Positions 37,937 through 50,230 of a stretch of DNA of 64,000 bases are shown one piece after another. Every line of letters starts with the position of its first letter. Positions within the stretch are counted from its first letter, which is position 1. The position numbers and the translations under genes were made by a program. The notes beneath the pieces were generated by a model. The model saw only the letters and a program-made list of their open reading frames with translations. It did not search any database and was not told the DNA's origin. The DNA comes from Massalongia carnosa. Lineage: Eukaryota. The stretch spans positions 1,426,001-1,490,000 of the forward strand of contig OZ287080.1 in the NCBI GenBank assembly GCA_965645245.1. The letters are read 5' to 3'.

Positions 37937-40574
37937 GGGAACGGATAACAGGACACCACTTTGGTTAGATAAACACCACCTCCGGTTAGATAAACACCAT
38001 CTCCGGTTAGGTAAACACCGCTAGCCCAGGTAGGGTAGATTCCTCGGCCCCGTCCGCCTTCTTCCCCTTTTAGGTCTAGCAGTCCCCATCCCAACATTGA
38101 CACCTCAAGAAAAAATTCAATTCAGCTTTCAACCATCGATTACTAGACATTGGATTTGTCGATTGGCACTGTCTTCATGAATCGCACCCTTTATTTGAAG
38201 CTTAGTAATGCAAATCAGTTGATTGGAGCCGCATTCGCTGCATCCCCGCCAATTCCATCTGCTGCATCCCCGCCAATCCCGTCTCCCCTTCCTCGACCAG
38301 CTCTGCCTCGACTAGCCCTAGCCCTAGCTCGGCCAGTCCTTGTGTTTGTCTCAGCTCTTTCACCAATCCCCCCTCCCCCTCCTCTCCCTCCCCCTCGTCC
38401 TCGCCCTCGCCCTCGCCCCCGACGTCCTACCCTGCCTGGTGTAGTATTGGCTCGATGAATAGCTCGTTCCACCTCCGGAGCTATTGCATCAGCTGTTTCC
38501 ATTTCAACCCGTTCGAATTGAGATGGTAATCGATGAGTGGAATTGTCAAATGCCTCCGCTCGTCTGTTTTCCGCTCCCTGAGGGCGACCACGAGGTCGGG
38601 CTATCTCCGGTTCCTCACTAGAAGAAGAGGATTAATCAAAGCAATCGGAGGGGCGCGCTTTTCCAACCTTGAACTGTTGTTAGTAGCTGATCGCTGACCA
38701 TCGATCAGATGGCAATAACCTACTTCCAATGCGGGTGCACATCTTCCAATTTCAGACTTCCTTCATTCTCGAATAATCGTTGCTGAATCAGATGACTACA
38801 AGGCAAGCCAGTGATGGTAGTGAAGACGTTGGTACAAGCTGGAATAACAGTCGGTCTTCCTGTTAATAACTCGTATTGGTGTAGAATCTTTTTCAGGGCA
38901 TAGGGACTGATAAATGCTCTCAGTTGCTGAAAGATAACTTTGCGAAGATGAAGTGGAAAACGTGTTCTGGCTTCTTCAAAAGCAATCAGATGATCATGAT
39001 ACTGATTTGTTAGTAGCAGATTAATGCCGTCAACTACCAGCTTCAAATCTCCAGTCGATGATCCTAATTGACGTTTTAATACTGCATGTGCGCCTTCCCC
39101 TCGCGACGTTACCGTTGTCTCAAAATGCAGCACCTTGTTGGTGTAGCATGCCACGAAGCGATCGCGATGATTATCAATGTAGGTGGATTTCAAATATCGA
39201 ATACAATCTTCATGAGAAGTCATATAGGTAGCAGAAAACTGCTCCCATAGCTTCCAAAATTGAGGCTCGGTTGCTGCATAGATCACTGATTTCCAATCTG
39301 ACAAAAAGATCTTCCATTCCTCATTGTCGAAAGATTTTTTGCACTTTGTCAACACATTCTGATTGATGTGCCAGATGCATAGCAAATGATTGATATTTGG
39401 AAAGACTATGGAAGATGCCAACATTAATCCTTTCTCCATGTCGGACACGACAATAATCGAATCAGGAAGTTCCAATCGAGAATACACCTCCTTCAATTGC
39501 TGTAAAGCCCAGATGTAGTCCTCTGCTGTCTCCGTGATCAGAAAGCAAAAGGCGACATAAAAGGTAGTATGTAGCGCGGTTTGTCCGCTGATGACGAGAA
39601 GAGGCATTTTGTATCGATTGGTCTTGTACGTGCAATCCATAATGAGAACTTCATGATTATCTATCAGAAGAGTTTAGGAACAGCCCTTGATGAAGAAGAG
39701 ATGCGTAATCTGCTGATGAATGTCTTGTTGAAAGTTGTACACCCAATCCTTTTCGTCAAACTCACGAATCAATGCCTGAATAGGAGTCAATGGTCCCAAG
39801 ACATCACGTCTCATCTGCGCCTTTAAGTTGTAGATGTCCCGAGGTTTAAACATCGGATTCACAATGATCTCGGCATTGGGATCATGAGGACTGAGATCTG
39901 CATTCACATCGGGAACACGCAGACTAGACAACACCTTTGACGCCGACGTTTGTACTGTTAACTGTCTGGTAACGTCATCCTTTACACCGGTCAGAGCGAT
40001 TTTTCTCAAGGCAGGATGAGAGCCAGCAAGACTGGACGGATGATTGTGTGTCCCATTTACCACCTCCAAAAACCACACCTCGTCGTCCATTTTGGCTGTC
40101 AGGGCAAATGGACAAGCAATTAGTCGACTGCTGGTGTGCCGACGATCCTGACCCTGCGGTTCTCTGACTTTTCCACCTCGGTCGCATTTTAACCAAGCTT
40201 TATTTCTCACTCCCAGCTTGGTTTTCTTGGTTCGAAGAAGCACCACGGCGTAGGCTTCGGGGGCGGCATGCTCATTGACTCTAAGCAACAGGTCTTCTAG
40301 TGAGGCAAAGGATTGACTATCTTCGGGAGGTCGAAGCGGCATGACGACGTGGCGGCGGCAGGGTGCCTGCAGATCAAATGTGAAATATGAGTGCAAGGAT
40401 GAGGTGCAGGTAGAATGTGGGAGTTTCAACCGCTAGACCTAAAAGGGGAAGAGGCGGGCGGGGCCGAGGAATCTACCCTACCTGGGCTAGCGGTGTTTAC
40501 CTAATCGGAGGTGGTGTTTACCTAACCGGAGGTGGTGTTTATCTAACCAAAGTGGTGTCCTGTTATCCGTTCCC
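37937..40574 (-). mobile_element. Mutator-like (MULE) DNA transposon with ~144-bp TIRs and 8-bp TSD TACTTAAT
   Basis: TIRs 37937-38080 and 40432-40574 (gggaacggataacaggacaccactttggttagataaacacc...) carry few mismatches. TACTTAAT lies at 37929-37936 and 40575-40582. Confidence 0.95.
38215..40342 (-). pseudogene. MULE transposase with one in-frame stop and one frameshift
   Basis: FAR1/WRKY-like N-terminus (KCDRGG..CPF..HNH), DDE motifs MDCTYKTN, VVSDME, LLCIWH, SRGEGAH, then GLPCSH and AT-hook-like RPRGRP. A TAA at 39674-39676 splits the same frame. A -1 shift is needed near 38615 after the probable intron at ~38674-38723. Confidence 0.88.
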
Positions 40575-40969
40575 TACTTAATCCCCTAAAATATCTATTC
40601 ACGCACAGACGGCGTGCGAAAGCCGATATTCTGATAGCTGCCTTTGGTTAAGCATGAACGCCTTTGTGGCATATCTGCCATCTGCAAGATGATAAGACCT
40701 GAGTTGGAAAGGTGTGTTTCCAAAACGACGCCTAAATGAGAGGCTAGTAGGGCAAAAAATAACAAAAAAATGAGAGGGACAGGAATTATTTCTTGATTGC
40801 AGCTCAGAACTTCCTGAAAGATGACGCCTAGCTGCAGCCACTCAGTCTATTCAAGTTTCCCAACCCTTTGGTATATAACCTGATTGAAGTTAACTGCTCG
40901 TTTTTTAAAGCCTCGATTTTTAAGGGTCTAAGTTAAGCATGAGGCAGCAAAACACTTATCTCGAGCGCT

Positions 40970-41210
40970 CTTATATCCCCAGACGCTGAAGATCCGGTAG
41001 GAGCAAGCCTGGGCATTGTATCCTCGAGGAATAGATGAGGATGAATCGATCTTAATTCAAAGTCACTGGAAACGATACAAAAGGCTCCTCGGCGACCATT
41101 AGCTTAGGTCATTGATCAACCTGGCTACTATGTATCGACCGGAAGGTCGGTGATCTGAAGCTTAAACTTTGCAGCTTCAAGCCGTAGAACAAAGCAGACA
41201 CCTTTAGGCC
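40970..41210 (+). pseudogene. Relic of a kinesin-light-chain-type TPR repeat gene (NLR-like C-terminus)
   Basis: From ~41073: YKRLLGDH*LRSLINLATMYRPEGR*SEA*TLQLQAVEQSRHL*. This follows the pattern RKRVLGxxHPxTLxSMxNLAxTYxxQGRWxEAExL, with stops at consensus positions. Confidence 0.55.
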
Positions 41211-42674
41211 CCATCTTCAATAGCTGGTCTGGGCCAAATGCTTCATTCATGTTTTGCTTTGGCGATATGAGCCGCGTTCGATTCGGAAGAAGTGATGCTC
41301 ATAAAGAATTCATTCTTTTGAACATTCTCTTAAGGCTTAATTTGGTAAATATATACTAGCTATACAATTTTGTGTCAACAGCTTATTAGCTTACTCCTTG
41401 GATTCGCTGCAGCCGATCTTGCTTGAACTCACCACAGTGTAATCAAGCCAATCAAGAAAAGCAAAAGCAAAGACAGATTCAACAACTTAACAAAAAGGAT
41501 CACAGAGAACGATAGTGGTTCAGCATTCTTTCAAATCAACATCGAGAGCTAATCCGGCCAATATCGAGATGCCGCATGTAAGGGCGGTTAATGAAAGCTA
41601 GAGAATCGTTCACAGCATCTGAGAACTCTTACCGACAAGGTTTCCTGGCGGGGGAAATGTTTGGATAGAGACGCACACAGAAGAGCCATAGCAATTTTCG
41701 AGATCGTTCAGATTCTTCACATCAACATTATAACCTCCATGCAACCGGAAGCTAACAAAACCAATGTGATCATGATGAGGATGATTGAGTATGATAGATG
41801 AAAATGGGGAGATGTGAGCAAAGGGGAGAAAAACAAAGTAGAGGGCGATCCGAGGAAGGGGGGTTTTGAAAGCTTGTGATTCGCTTAATGATGTAACGCG
41901 CACGCTGAGACTGGCGAATCTCGTCAAGAGAGAAAATAGAAAATAGAAAACAAAAAATACGAAAACAAACGAGATCCCTCGCATGCTACAGAATACAGAG
42001 TTGACCCGCAGACGAGCGAGTCTAGAAGCGGAGAAATATAAATTTAGTGCTCCCTTACTTCTTGGGTCTAGACCCTGCTGTTAACGCTCATCTAAAAGCA
42101 CGGTTGATCTGGAAAAAAAACACAAAAACAAAAACTACCTGCATTCGCCGAAAACAAAGCTTACATACATGCACCGAGAAGCCTCGATCCCCGCTAAAAA
42201 GCACGCTCGCGTAATCTAAAGTCATAAGACCCAATGCCCATCGCTCAGAAAAATCTAAGTCATGACGTTGTACAGGAAACTTCGCTGGAACCCCCCCTCC
42301 CTACCGGAATCGGGTCGCTAAGACGTAAAGGAAAATCGTGGAAGAGGAGTTAAGATGAACGTTGTGGTCTCCTGGTGCGTGTAGACCTTGCAACTTGTAT
42401 TGTTGGAGAACTTCGGTAAGATCGTGGTGATGTAAGAGGGAAATGGTTTGCAGGGCGGAAATCGAGGATGGGGAGACTGAGAGCAAGCCATAAGAAGCCC
42501 GGTCAGGTTGGGATTCCATCGAGGTTTTTCGGTGTTTAGGCGTTTGGGAAGATGATGAGAAGTCGAGATCTCCGCTGTGGACCTTGTTGAGAGGCAGAAT
42601 ATTCCGAAATGGTAATGAGCAGGCCATTTCAGGCGAAAGCATCCATCGTACGTCCTTTACTTGACCATTCATCG

Positions 42675-43466
42675 CTAAAAAGTGCTCCAATTCCAATCCC
42701 TGGGCATGCTTCCCGCCAATCCACCTTTCGGCCCCTCCCTCTCCCTCCCTCTCCCCTCAATGTTCCTCCCCTCTGATACCCCGGCGATCTCACCCTCATT
42801 TCCCGCCTCCGCGGAACTAGATAGCCGCCGCGAATTCCACGCGCAATATCGATCCCAACAGTGCTTGCAGGCACGCGAACACGAACCTTCCGGGTGGAAC
42901 TCGGCGCGATGGTCTAGCGGGATGGTATACTGGGAGTGCGCGGCGCAGAAGACGTGGCCGCAGTGCCGGCAGTGGTGGCGGCGCTCAAAGAGCGTGAAGG
43001 TTTTTTGGCACGTGGGCGCGTCGCAAATGAGGGCGTGCGAATCGGGTTTCCAATGGGCACGGGTGGGGAGACCTTCGATGGGGCCGAGAGAGATGTCGTC
43101 ATCGGTGGTAACAGGAGCTTCGAAGGACGCGGATTCTCTGGTGGAGCGCCGGCTAGGCTGCCTTAAGCCTGAGCTACGATCGAGGCTGTCGGTGCTGTTG
43201 TTGGCACTGCGTGGCGGGGTGGGTGGGGACGGACGGTGAGGCCGTTCAGTGGGGCGAAGGACGGCGGGAACGTACATGGGGGATTTCAGCGGGCGAAGCT
43301 GGCGCGTGGCGTGAGGAAAGTTGGGAAACATGAAGGAGGAGCGAGGGGAGGATGGAGATAGATCGATGGGTGTGTCGGCCGTGGTTTTGGCGTGGGAAAA
43401 TTGCTGATTTCCTTGGGAGTTTGGAGGGGTGGTGTATGCCGGCTGGGCAGGGAAGTTGGTGGCCAT
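42675..43466 (-). CDS. FYVE zinc-finger protein (single exon)
   Basis: WKPDSHALICDAPTCQKTFTLFERRHHCRHCGHVFCAAHS...RACKHC contains the WxxD, RRHHCR and RxC motifs. C-terminus PRDWNWSTF. Confidence 0.9.
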   Translation of the reverse strand: MATNFPAQPAYTTPPNSQGNQQFSHAKTTADTPIDLSPSSPRSSFMFPNFPHATRQLRPLKSPMYVPAVLRPTERPHRPSPPTPPRSANNSTDSLDRSSGLRQPSRRSTRESASFEAPVTTDDDISLGPIEGLPTRAHWKPDSHALICDAPTCQKTFTLFERRHHCRHCGHVFCAAHSQYTIPLDHRAEFHPEGSCSRACKHCWDRYCAWNSRRLSSSAEAGNEGEIAGVSEGRNIEGRGREREGPKGGLAGSMPRDWNWSTF

Positions 43467-45434
43467 TTTGAACGACTCGCACAGATATATGTAGAAGAAG
43501 CTGTTATGTGGCGGGTATTGAAGAAGAAGCGTCTCGGAAGCGATATGTTATAATCACACGTGACGACGGATACGGGAGAGAGCGTTGCATATGTGGTGGG
43601 ACAAGATACCCAGGTTGACGAAGAGATAGCTATTATCGACAGTGACTGGTCGTCGGTGAACCAAAACACGGAATCGGTTGACGTCAATAGGCGAGATAAC
43701 GGGTATAGAAAAGCGTGAGGTCGGATGTAGATTATGAGTAGGGAAAGGGAGATGAAATATGCGGTTTGACTCTGTCGCTGTCAGGGACTGGCGGCGCACA
43801 AGACAGTAGAGAAGCGGTGAAGAGGAGAAGAAAGAAGAAAGGAGAAAAGTCGAGATGGATGATGAATAGATATGTACCGCACGGATAGAGCCAGAGAGGA
43901 GAGACGTGGACAGGAACGCACAGGGACGATAATATCCATTCTCGTCGTCGTATTATAATATCACTCTATGGAGATAGGTACTTTAGGGTATCCGACGTAT
44001 CGCGATACAGCGTAACTGTAGGGTTTCCGATGAGTTAATTACCCGCAGAGACCGGCAAGCTTTCCGGTCAGATCATCGGGTTTGCCTACGAGTATGGGTC
44101 AGTATTATTACCTAGTATTATACGGGAGTCGAACGTTGGAGTTTGGGTTGAGGGTTGGGACGACTAATATCGATCTTCACGACCAAATCTCAAGTTTTGT
44201 GGGCATCGCGATGTGAACCACACGGCCTGTCGTCCGCATTGGGGCTAAGAGCCATCAGGGGATAACGCTAGCATGCCCCTAAAGTGTTCCCGGGAAAGTT
44301 TAATTCGCTTTGGTCTCGCGAAGGAGGAGGATGAAGGAGGGGCGCTAGGGTCGTTTTGGGGCTTTGTGGCTATTAACTTTGAACTGCCGGGGGATCAATC
44401 GGAGTCGCGTGCAAATGATATTCGCGCATGCACGCTGTCTGTCTCTCGTTCATGTACGGGGTAATTGTTCATTATTATTAGAGTGTTATCATCAGCTCGA
44501 TTATCGTTGCGACTCTGATGCCTCTTGAGGTCAGGTCAAAGCTGAAGTCTTTCCCTCTGATCCGAGCCATCCCTTGGTCAAAGAGTCAAAGTGAATCCTT
44601 CATCACGATCACGAAACACCATGAACATTTCCATGCGACGGTGCTTGGAATCGGCCGTGGAACGCACCCCGGATCTCCCTTCCCCCCCAACCCCCCTAAA
44701 CCCTGGCCCGAAAAATAAAAACCATGGACTTCATATCGTCACCGGCTGCTCTTGTCGTTCTCGCGGCTTCCTCTCCCTTCACGCAGGGTCCATTCAACAT
44801 GCGACTCGATGTGTGGATGCCAACTTCGAATGAGAAGATGTGATCTGGCATCTGTATGATGATTATGCATCATAGCGCTCATGCAATAGATCTTGAAAGC
44901 TCAGAGCGCAGAGGACAGTGTTTGTGGGACGAGCCTGAAAACCCATCGGAAAACAAACTTGTTCCTTACACCGTATGAGGATGTAAAGTAACTTACCCGT
45001 TTCATCCGTCCTGACAAGATACACGATACATGGCGTACAGATGTGGTTAGAGCAGCGTATTCGGTACGTATCTAACTCCCCGATAAGAGATAAGGAAAGC
45101 CACTACCCACACAACGAGGCATCCTTGTTTGTACTTGTACCTTGTCCGTTGCCAATCGTTTCATAACGATCCTTGCCGAAATCCCCCCGGAACCCCGTCC
45201 GGAGCGCCTTCACGTGGATCCGGATCCTTTGCGGAATAACTAACTGAGGCTATCGCCCATCCATCACCTCAATCTGCCTTGACAACGTGGGCTCGGGGTT
45301 GGAAGGGCCTTCATGGTATGAAATAGGTGATTGACATGAAAACCTCCAAGCTTGGCCGTGGTCGTTTATCAAGATTTGACTACGTTCAATTTCTCGCTAC
45401 CCATCGATAATACGCTCGGTTTGCGACCGGGCTA

Positions 45435-46957
45435 CCCGTGCAGCTTAGGCGCACCCAGTCGTCCCGCCTGAGTGCTGCACAATCACCGAGCAGTTTCAAT
45501 CACCGAGCACTTTTTTCCCAACTTTTATTCCTTCACCTTTGAAATTTCCCCCCCCCACCATCATGTCTTCCAACTGTAAGGAAATTGAGACTCGAATTCA
45601 GGAGGCCATTCAGCATCTAAAAAAAATCTTCGTGCGAAACGCGCGAAAGTGGCGCGTGATTTTAACGTGCCCATAGGTCGGCTTCGTTCCAGGCTCGAAA
45701 ACAAGCCATCCGCGTCTTCTATTCGTGGAATACATAGAAGACGTTTAACACCCGAGCAAGACCTTACTTTAGATAAGCACTCCATTAGATCAAAAGATCC
45801 GGACAATCGTGAGAGTTTAACCTCCATTGAGTCCATCAATGGTGCAGGCGGCTCCATTCCATCTTTTCTCATTTTGACGGGAATGATGATCATGAATTCT
45901 TGGTCAAACAATAATCTAAACGAGGACGTGGTTTTGTCTACGGCCGAGACGGGTTATTCGAATGATTGGTTGTCATTGAAATGGCTGAAGCACTTTGATA
46001 CTCATTCAATCAAGACTCGAAAGGGGGCATACCGACTTCTTCTGATGGATGGATACGGATCGCATCATACCATTGAATTCATTGAATATTGCAATGAGGC
46101 CAAGATAATTCCATTTGGTCTGCCCGCCCATACCACGCATCTGCTACAGCCATTGGACGTCGTCGTTTTTCAGCCCCTGAAATATTGGCATTCTGAAGCG
46201 GTTAAAGAATCTATGGCTCAGGGGGATGAGACATTTACCAAAGTGGAATTTCTGAATGCATTTAACTCTTTTCGAAGGAAAACATTCAAAAGATCGACCG
46301 TTTTGTCTGCATGGAGACAGGTAGGGCTTATTCCATTTAATCCATCTATTGTATTGGACAAGCTGCCCAAGCGGAAACTCTTTTCGGAATTTTCTAGCCC
46401 ACCTCGTCATCCCGATGAGGCATACGAAGCTGCATTTAGTACTCCTCGAAATTTTCAGGAGTTAAAAGAGGCTTCGTACAACATTGAGTCCGTTTATCCT
46501 GATGCCATGAATTTACATAAATTCATGAAAGGGGCATTAGCTGTAGCTAGAAAAGACGAGCTTATTGTCGATCAACTAGCTCATACAAAGGCAGCTGAAA
46601 ATGCTCGTAGAATAAGGGCCAATCAGACAAAGCGTGTCATTCAAAAAGGGGTTATTCGCGTGGAAGACTGCAGAAAGATGACGTCGGAGCGAATGGAGGA
46701 GGAGAATCGATTGGAGACAACGCGCCAAAACAAGCTAATACTCAACCAACGAAAGAGATGGGGGCCAGTAATGAGGGAATTGACTCGAAAGACACCATAC
46801 TACATTCAGGGCGGGTCATATGCCTTTTCATGTAAATAAATCGTGATCAATTGATGGTTGTAGGTGAGATGGTGGAAAAAAGTGCTCGGTGATTGAAACT
46901 GCTCGGTGATTGTGCAGCACTCAGGCGGGACGACTGGGTGCGCCTAAGCTGCACGGG
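45435..46957 (+). mobile_element. pogo/Fot1-like (DD35D) DNA transposon, internally deleted, 84-bp perfect TIRs, TA TSD
   Basis: TIRs 45435-45518 and 46874-46957 are identical by eye, flanked by TA at 45433-34 and 46958-59. The transposase has NRESLTSIESI, LLLMDGYGSH and HTTHLLQPLDVVVFQPLK. Confidence 0.95.
45563..46839 (+). pseudogene. Truncated DDE_1 transposase (frameshift in an A8 run; CENP-B HTH and first catalytic Asp missing)
   Basis: ATG 45563 (MSSNCKEIETRIQEAIQHL) is out of frame with ORF 45649-46839 by one base at the A-run 45619-45626. The sequence jumps from RRLTPEQDLTL to DKHSIRSKDPDNRE with no NxDETG motif. Confidence 0.8.
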
Positions 46958-48272
46958 TATCGGAAAGGACCATAGGACATGTTTGCTTTACGATTGATGC
47001 AAAACCGGCTGTCTGATGGCAATTGGCCTTCAAGGAGTAGTTGAATTACTGCTGTATAGAGAGTATCGGCTTCTCTGCCGTTACACGTGGGGATTAAACC
47101 AGGCACACACAAGCCTCCAAGAGAACTCGGCCGGGCAGCCACGCAACTCCCGGGAAGCTTTGAAGTCAACAACCACGGATACCAACGCTCTTTTTTCATA
47201 AATCCCATTCAAAAGGTGTCGGCCGTTGCTCACCCGTCACCTCTTGAATCATGCCCGAAATGAGCCGTGAATGCTGGTAGTAGTCCAAGGTTGACCGCTG
47301 TTGGCCCTGGTTGATGGTGATTGCGTTTGCTCCAAGACGGAAAATTGTTGATTCTACCGCTTGAGACGGCAGGAAAAATGCTTACTGTCTCGCGGGCTTG
47401 CTTCTATCACGATAGTTTGGGCGCCGGGGTAAGGGATGTTTTGAAGGTTTTCGCTTTCGGCGATGCTTTTCTTGGAAGAAATAGACTAGCCAACCGGGTC
47501 CGCGATGACCCAACTTGTTATTTGCGGTGTAATGAAACAAATCAGATCTGTGTCCCATATTGGCCTTCTCATACCTTGAGTATGTGCTTGGAAAAACATT
47601 ATTGAAGGTGCATTGCATGTTTTTACACCTTCCTGCACATTTTCTGTCCTCTGTGCGATCGTTGCAGTTATTGTAGGCATTTTATTTCCCGAGATAGGAA
47701 TATATGATTTCGTTTCAAACACAATCCATGATCTACGCTCCTATATCTAGGGTAGTTAAACCCGCGAAAAGTGTTTACGACGGAAAGCTATTCGCGCTCG
47801 TCGCGGATGAAAGCATAGATTGCATTGCTTTCCCTGTTAACGATATGAGCCACTTTCTTCGTCCAGATGAGATTCATATGATCTAGATCTGATCGATCTG
47901 ATCTCACTACTGATCGGGTTCTGACTAATCACCGTGGTATTTTCGGTGCATCATGTTGCTTTTCATGTCATTTTCCGTGTTTGTTTTTTGCGGTTGCATT
48001 CCAAAGTAGCCGTGCCCAAGAAGAACTTCCGTGTCCTTGAAAAGCCTCTTGTAGTTTTCAAGGGTCTTATTTTACTGGCCGGGTCGTGATGTTAGGAATG
48101 AAAACTGTCTGCACACTTTCCACGCGTTCGTCCCCTTCAAGCCGACCTCCTTCCTACACCCGTTCTATTGAACTAGTATATATTAATGGCTCTATGGCTA
48201 TGTAACGCTCATGGTATGTGTGAGCGTGGTAACAAGGACGAAGAGTTACTCTATACATAGTACATACATATA

Positions 48273-49316
48273 CGGAGGATGACACAGGAAGTTCTGGCCG
48301 ACGCTAATATGCACGCTAAATAAGCCACCTACAAGGGCCTCAGCCCTACGAAGATAAACTCCTTTATTTACTCCTTTATTTACTCCTTTTTTACCTTCTT
48401 ATCCACCTCCTCATCAGTCTACATTGGCCCACTCCTCCTCATCTTCAGTAGGACCTCTCTTTGAACGCAGATATCGACTGCGCCGCTCCTCAGCATCGTA
48501 AGGTCGTACCATTCCTCCTGTTCTTCCTTCTCTGTACTCGTTTCCTCCTTCAAACTCAATGACAGTCTGTATTTGACGAGGCATTCTCTATATCCAGCTT
48601 TGTATTTGCTCCTGCGATAATTCGTCCCAACATTCAGTCTATGCTACTTCGGCCTCCCGTCTGCTTCGTGGAGCTCCGAGGAGGGTCGTACGTCTTTTCA
48701 TCCAAGGCCAGCATGGTTCAATCATATTGAGATCAGGTGAGTTGCCAGGCCACAAAAAGCGAAGCACTCGAAAGTCCATAAACACCATATCCTGATGTTT
48801 GGAGGTATGACAGGGGCCTTATCTTCTTGAACCACCGTGTTTGGACGATCTTCCCTTCCGTTTCGATCTTTGCGTACATCAGTCAATATAGCCTCCTCCA
48901 ATGCAGGTGTTACTTTAGAAGGTTGGCCTGAACGAGGTGCATCTTCTACATATTCTATCTTCAAGACTCGTGAGATCTCGGGATCATATCCTCTGCTTCT
49001 TGCTTTCTTCTTGATATGACTGATAGATCTCGTCGAGAATTCAGTGATTTCCTCTACTCTTTGGCTGATACTCCATGCTCTACGAGAGTCAAGGCCTGAA
49101 GTCTTTGAGCGAGAGTCAGTGTGTTATCTTGAGGACGAGTCATGATGATAGCTACAAAATATCAACTAAAATCAACTATAAATTACAAATAATGAAGCAT
49201 TTTATATCTTGATGCCCGGAGAACCTTTTTTTAAAATTTTTACCACCCCCTTGTCTAGTGGCGGAAGCTAATGCAAGCTAAAATACGCTAGCCAGAACTT
49301 CCTGTGTCATCCTCCG
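48273..49316 (-). mobile_element. Tc1-like (DD34E) DNA transposon derivative, 26-bp TIRs, TA TSD
   Basis: cggaggatgacacaggaagttctggc at 48273-48298 and its inverse at 49291-49316, flanked by TA. The minus strand from ATG 49143 gives ...ARSRGYDPEISRVLKIEYVEDAPRSGQP...RKDRNGRE|DRPNTVVQEDKAP(fs)CHTSKHQ...LWPGNSPDLNMIEPCWPWMKR. The middle, including the first Asp, is deleted, and there are stops in the tail. Confidence 0.92.
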
Positions 49317-50230
49317 TAAAGCACCTCCTGTTCTTCATCCAATCACTACTAAGCGAGAGGAGCTTGTCCACACAGGGACTAGCCTGGAAGCGTACTGTCG
49401 GTAGTTAAAGCCTTGAGTGCTTCTGATTGGTTATCCAGCGATCCGGTACAGAATACTCTGTAAGTACATAGGAGTTGGGATTGGGATTGGGATATTCCAT
49501 ATTCTACACGTTCGTTCCCCCTGACGGAAATCCTCTGAAGCTCAATTTCTGCAAACGAGCTTATGCATTGCAATTCGCACTTACCATTTCACTTCACTTC
49601 TATTGTTTCCTCGTGAAGAGAATGAATGGCGTGATCGATGCTTGACAGCCAGTTCCGGACTCTCATGGTGATGGGAATGCTGACTGCCGGATGGAATCAC
49701 ATTCAACTAACGAGCAAGCTACTGGACTTACTTCTAAGCTGCGCATTCGACTTCATAGCTCGTCCAATCAATGCCATCGTAAGCGATCCTTGGTGGCTTG
49801 GGGCTGACCTAAAAACGTATTCTGGGTTCAGGCATGCCTTGCAAGGCCAGGTGCATGTGCCCACATGCAGTCAACTCCCATCAGACGTGGCGATGCACCT
49901 TTTTGGGCAAAACTTGACGATCTATCTCTCTCTTCATTCGTTAGTCTGGCCTTTGGCTAGCAATGGAGCGAATGAACTGTGTAACCCTGGGCTTCCGTGG
50001 TGGCTGGTGTCAGACCAACCAGCTAAACAGCTTATTTTACTACCGAATCCGAAGACCACACGAGTAGTTACAACAAACTCGTGTGACCTCGTCCCGTTTG
50101 CTATATGTTCGTACATTTCCCGCCCATCTATTTGCAGTTCTGCTCAAATAACTACAACTGTTCTCGAAGAATTGTAGATATCGCTGCATTCCATCTCTGT
50201 CTTTCACAAGCCCCGGTTACTTTCCTCATA

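Noticed and set aside
46960..47890. Cys-rich fragment AYNNCNDRTEDRKCAGRCKNMQC with nearby splice-like sites on the minus strand
   Set aside because: Stops upstream and downstream, no signal peptide, and I cannot build a gene.
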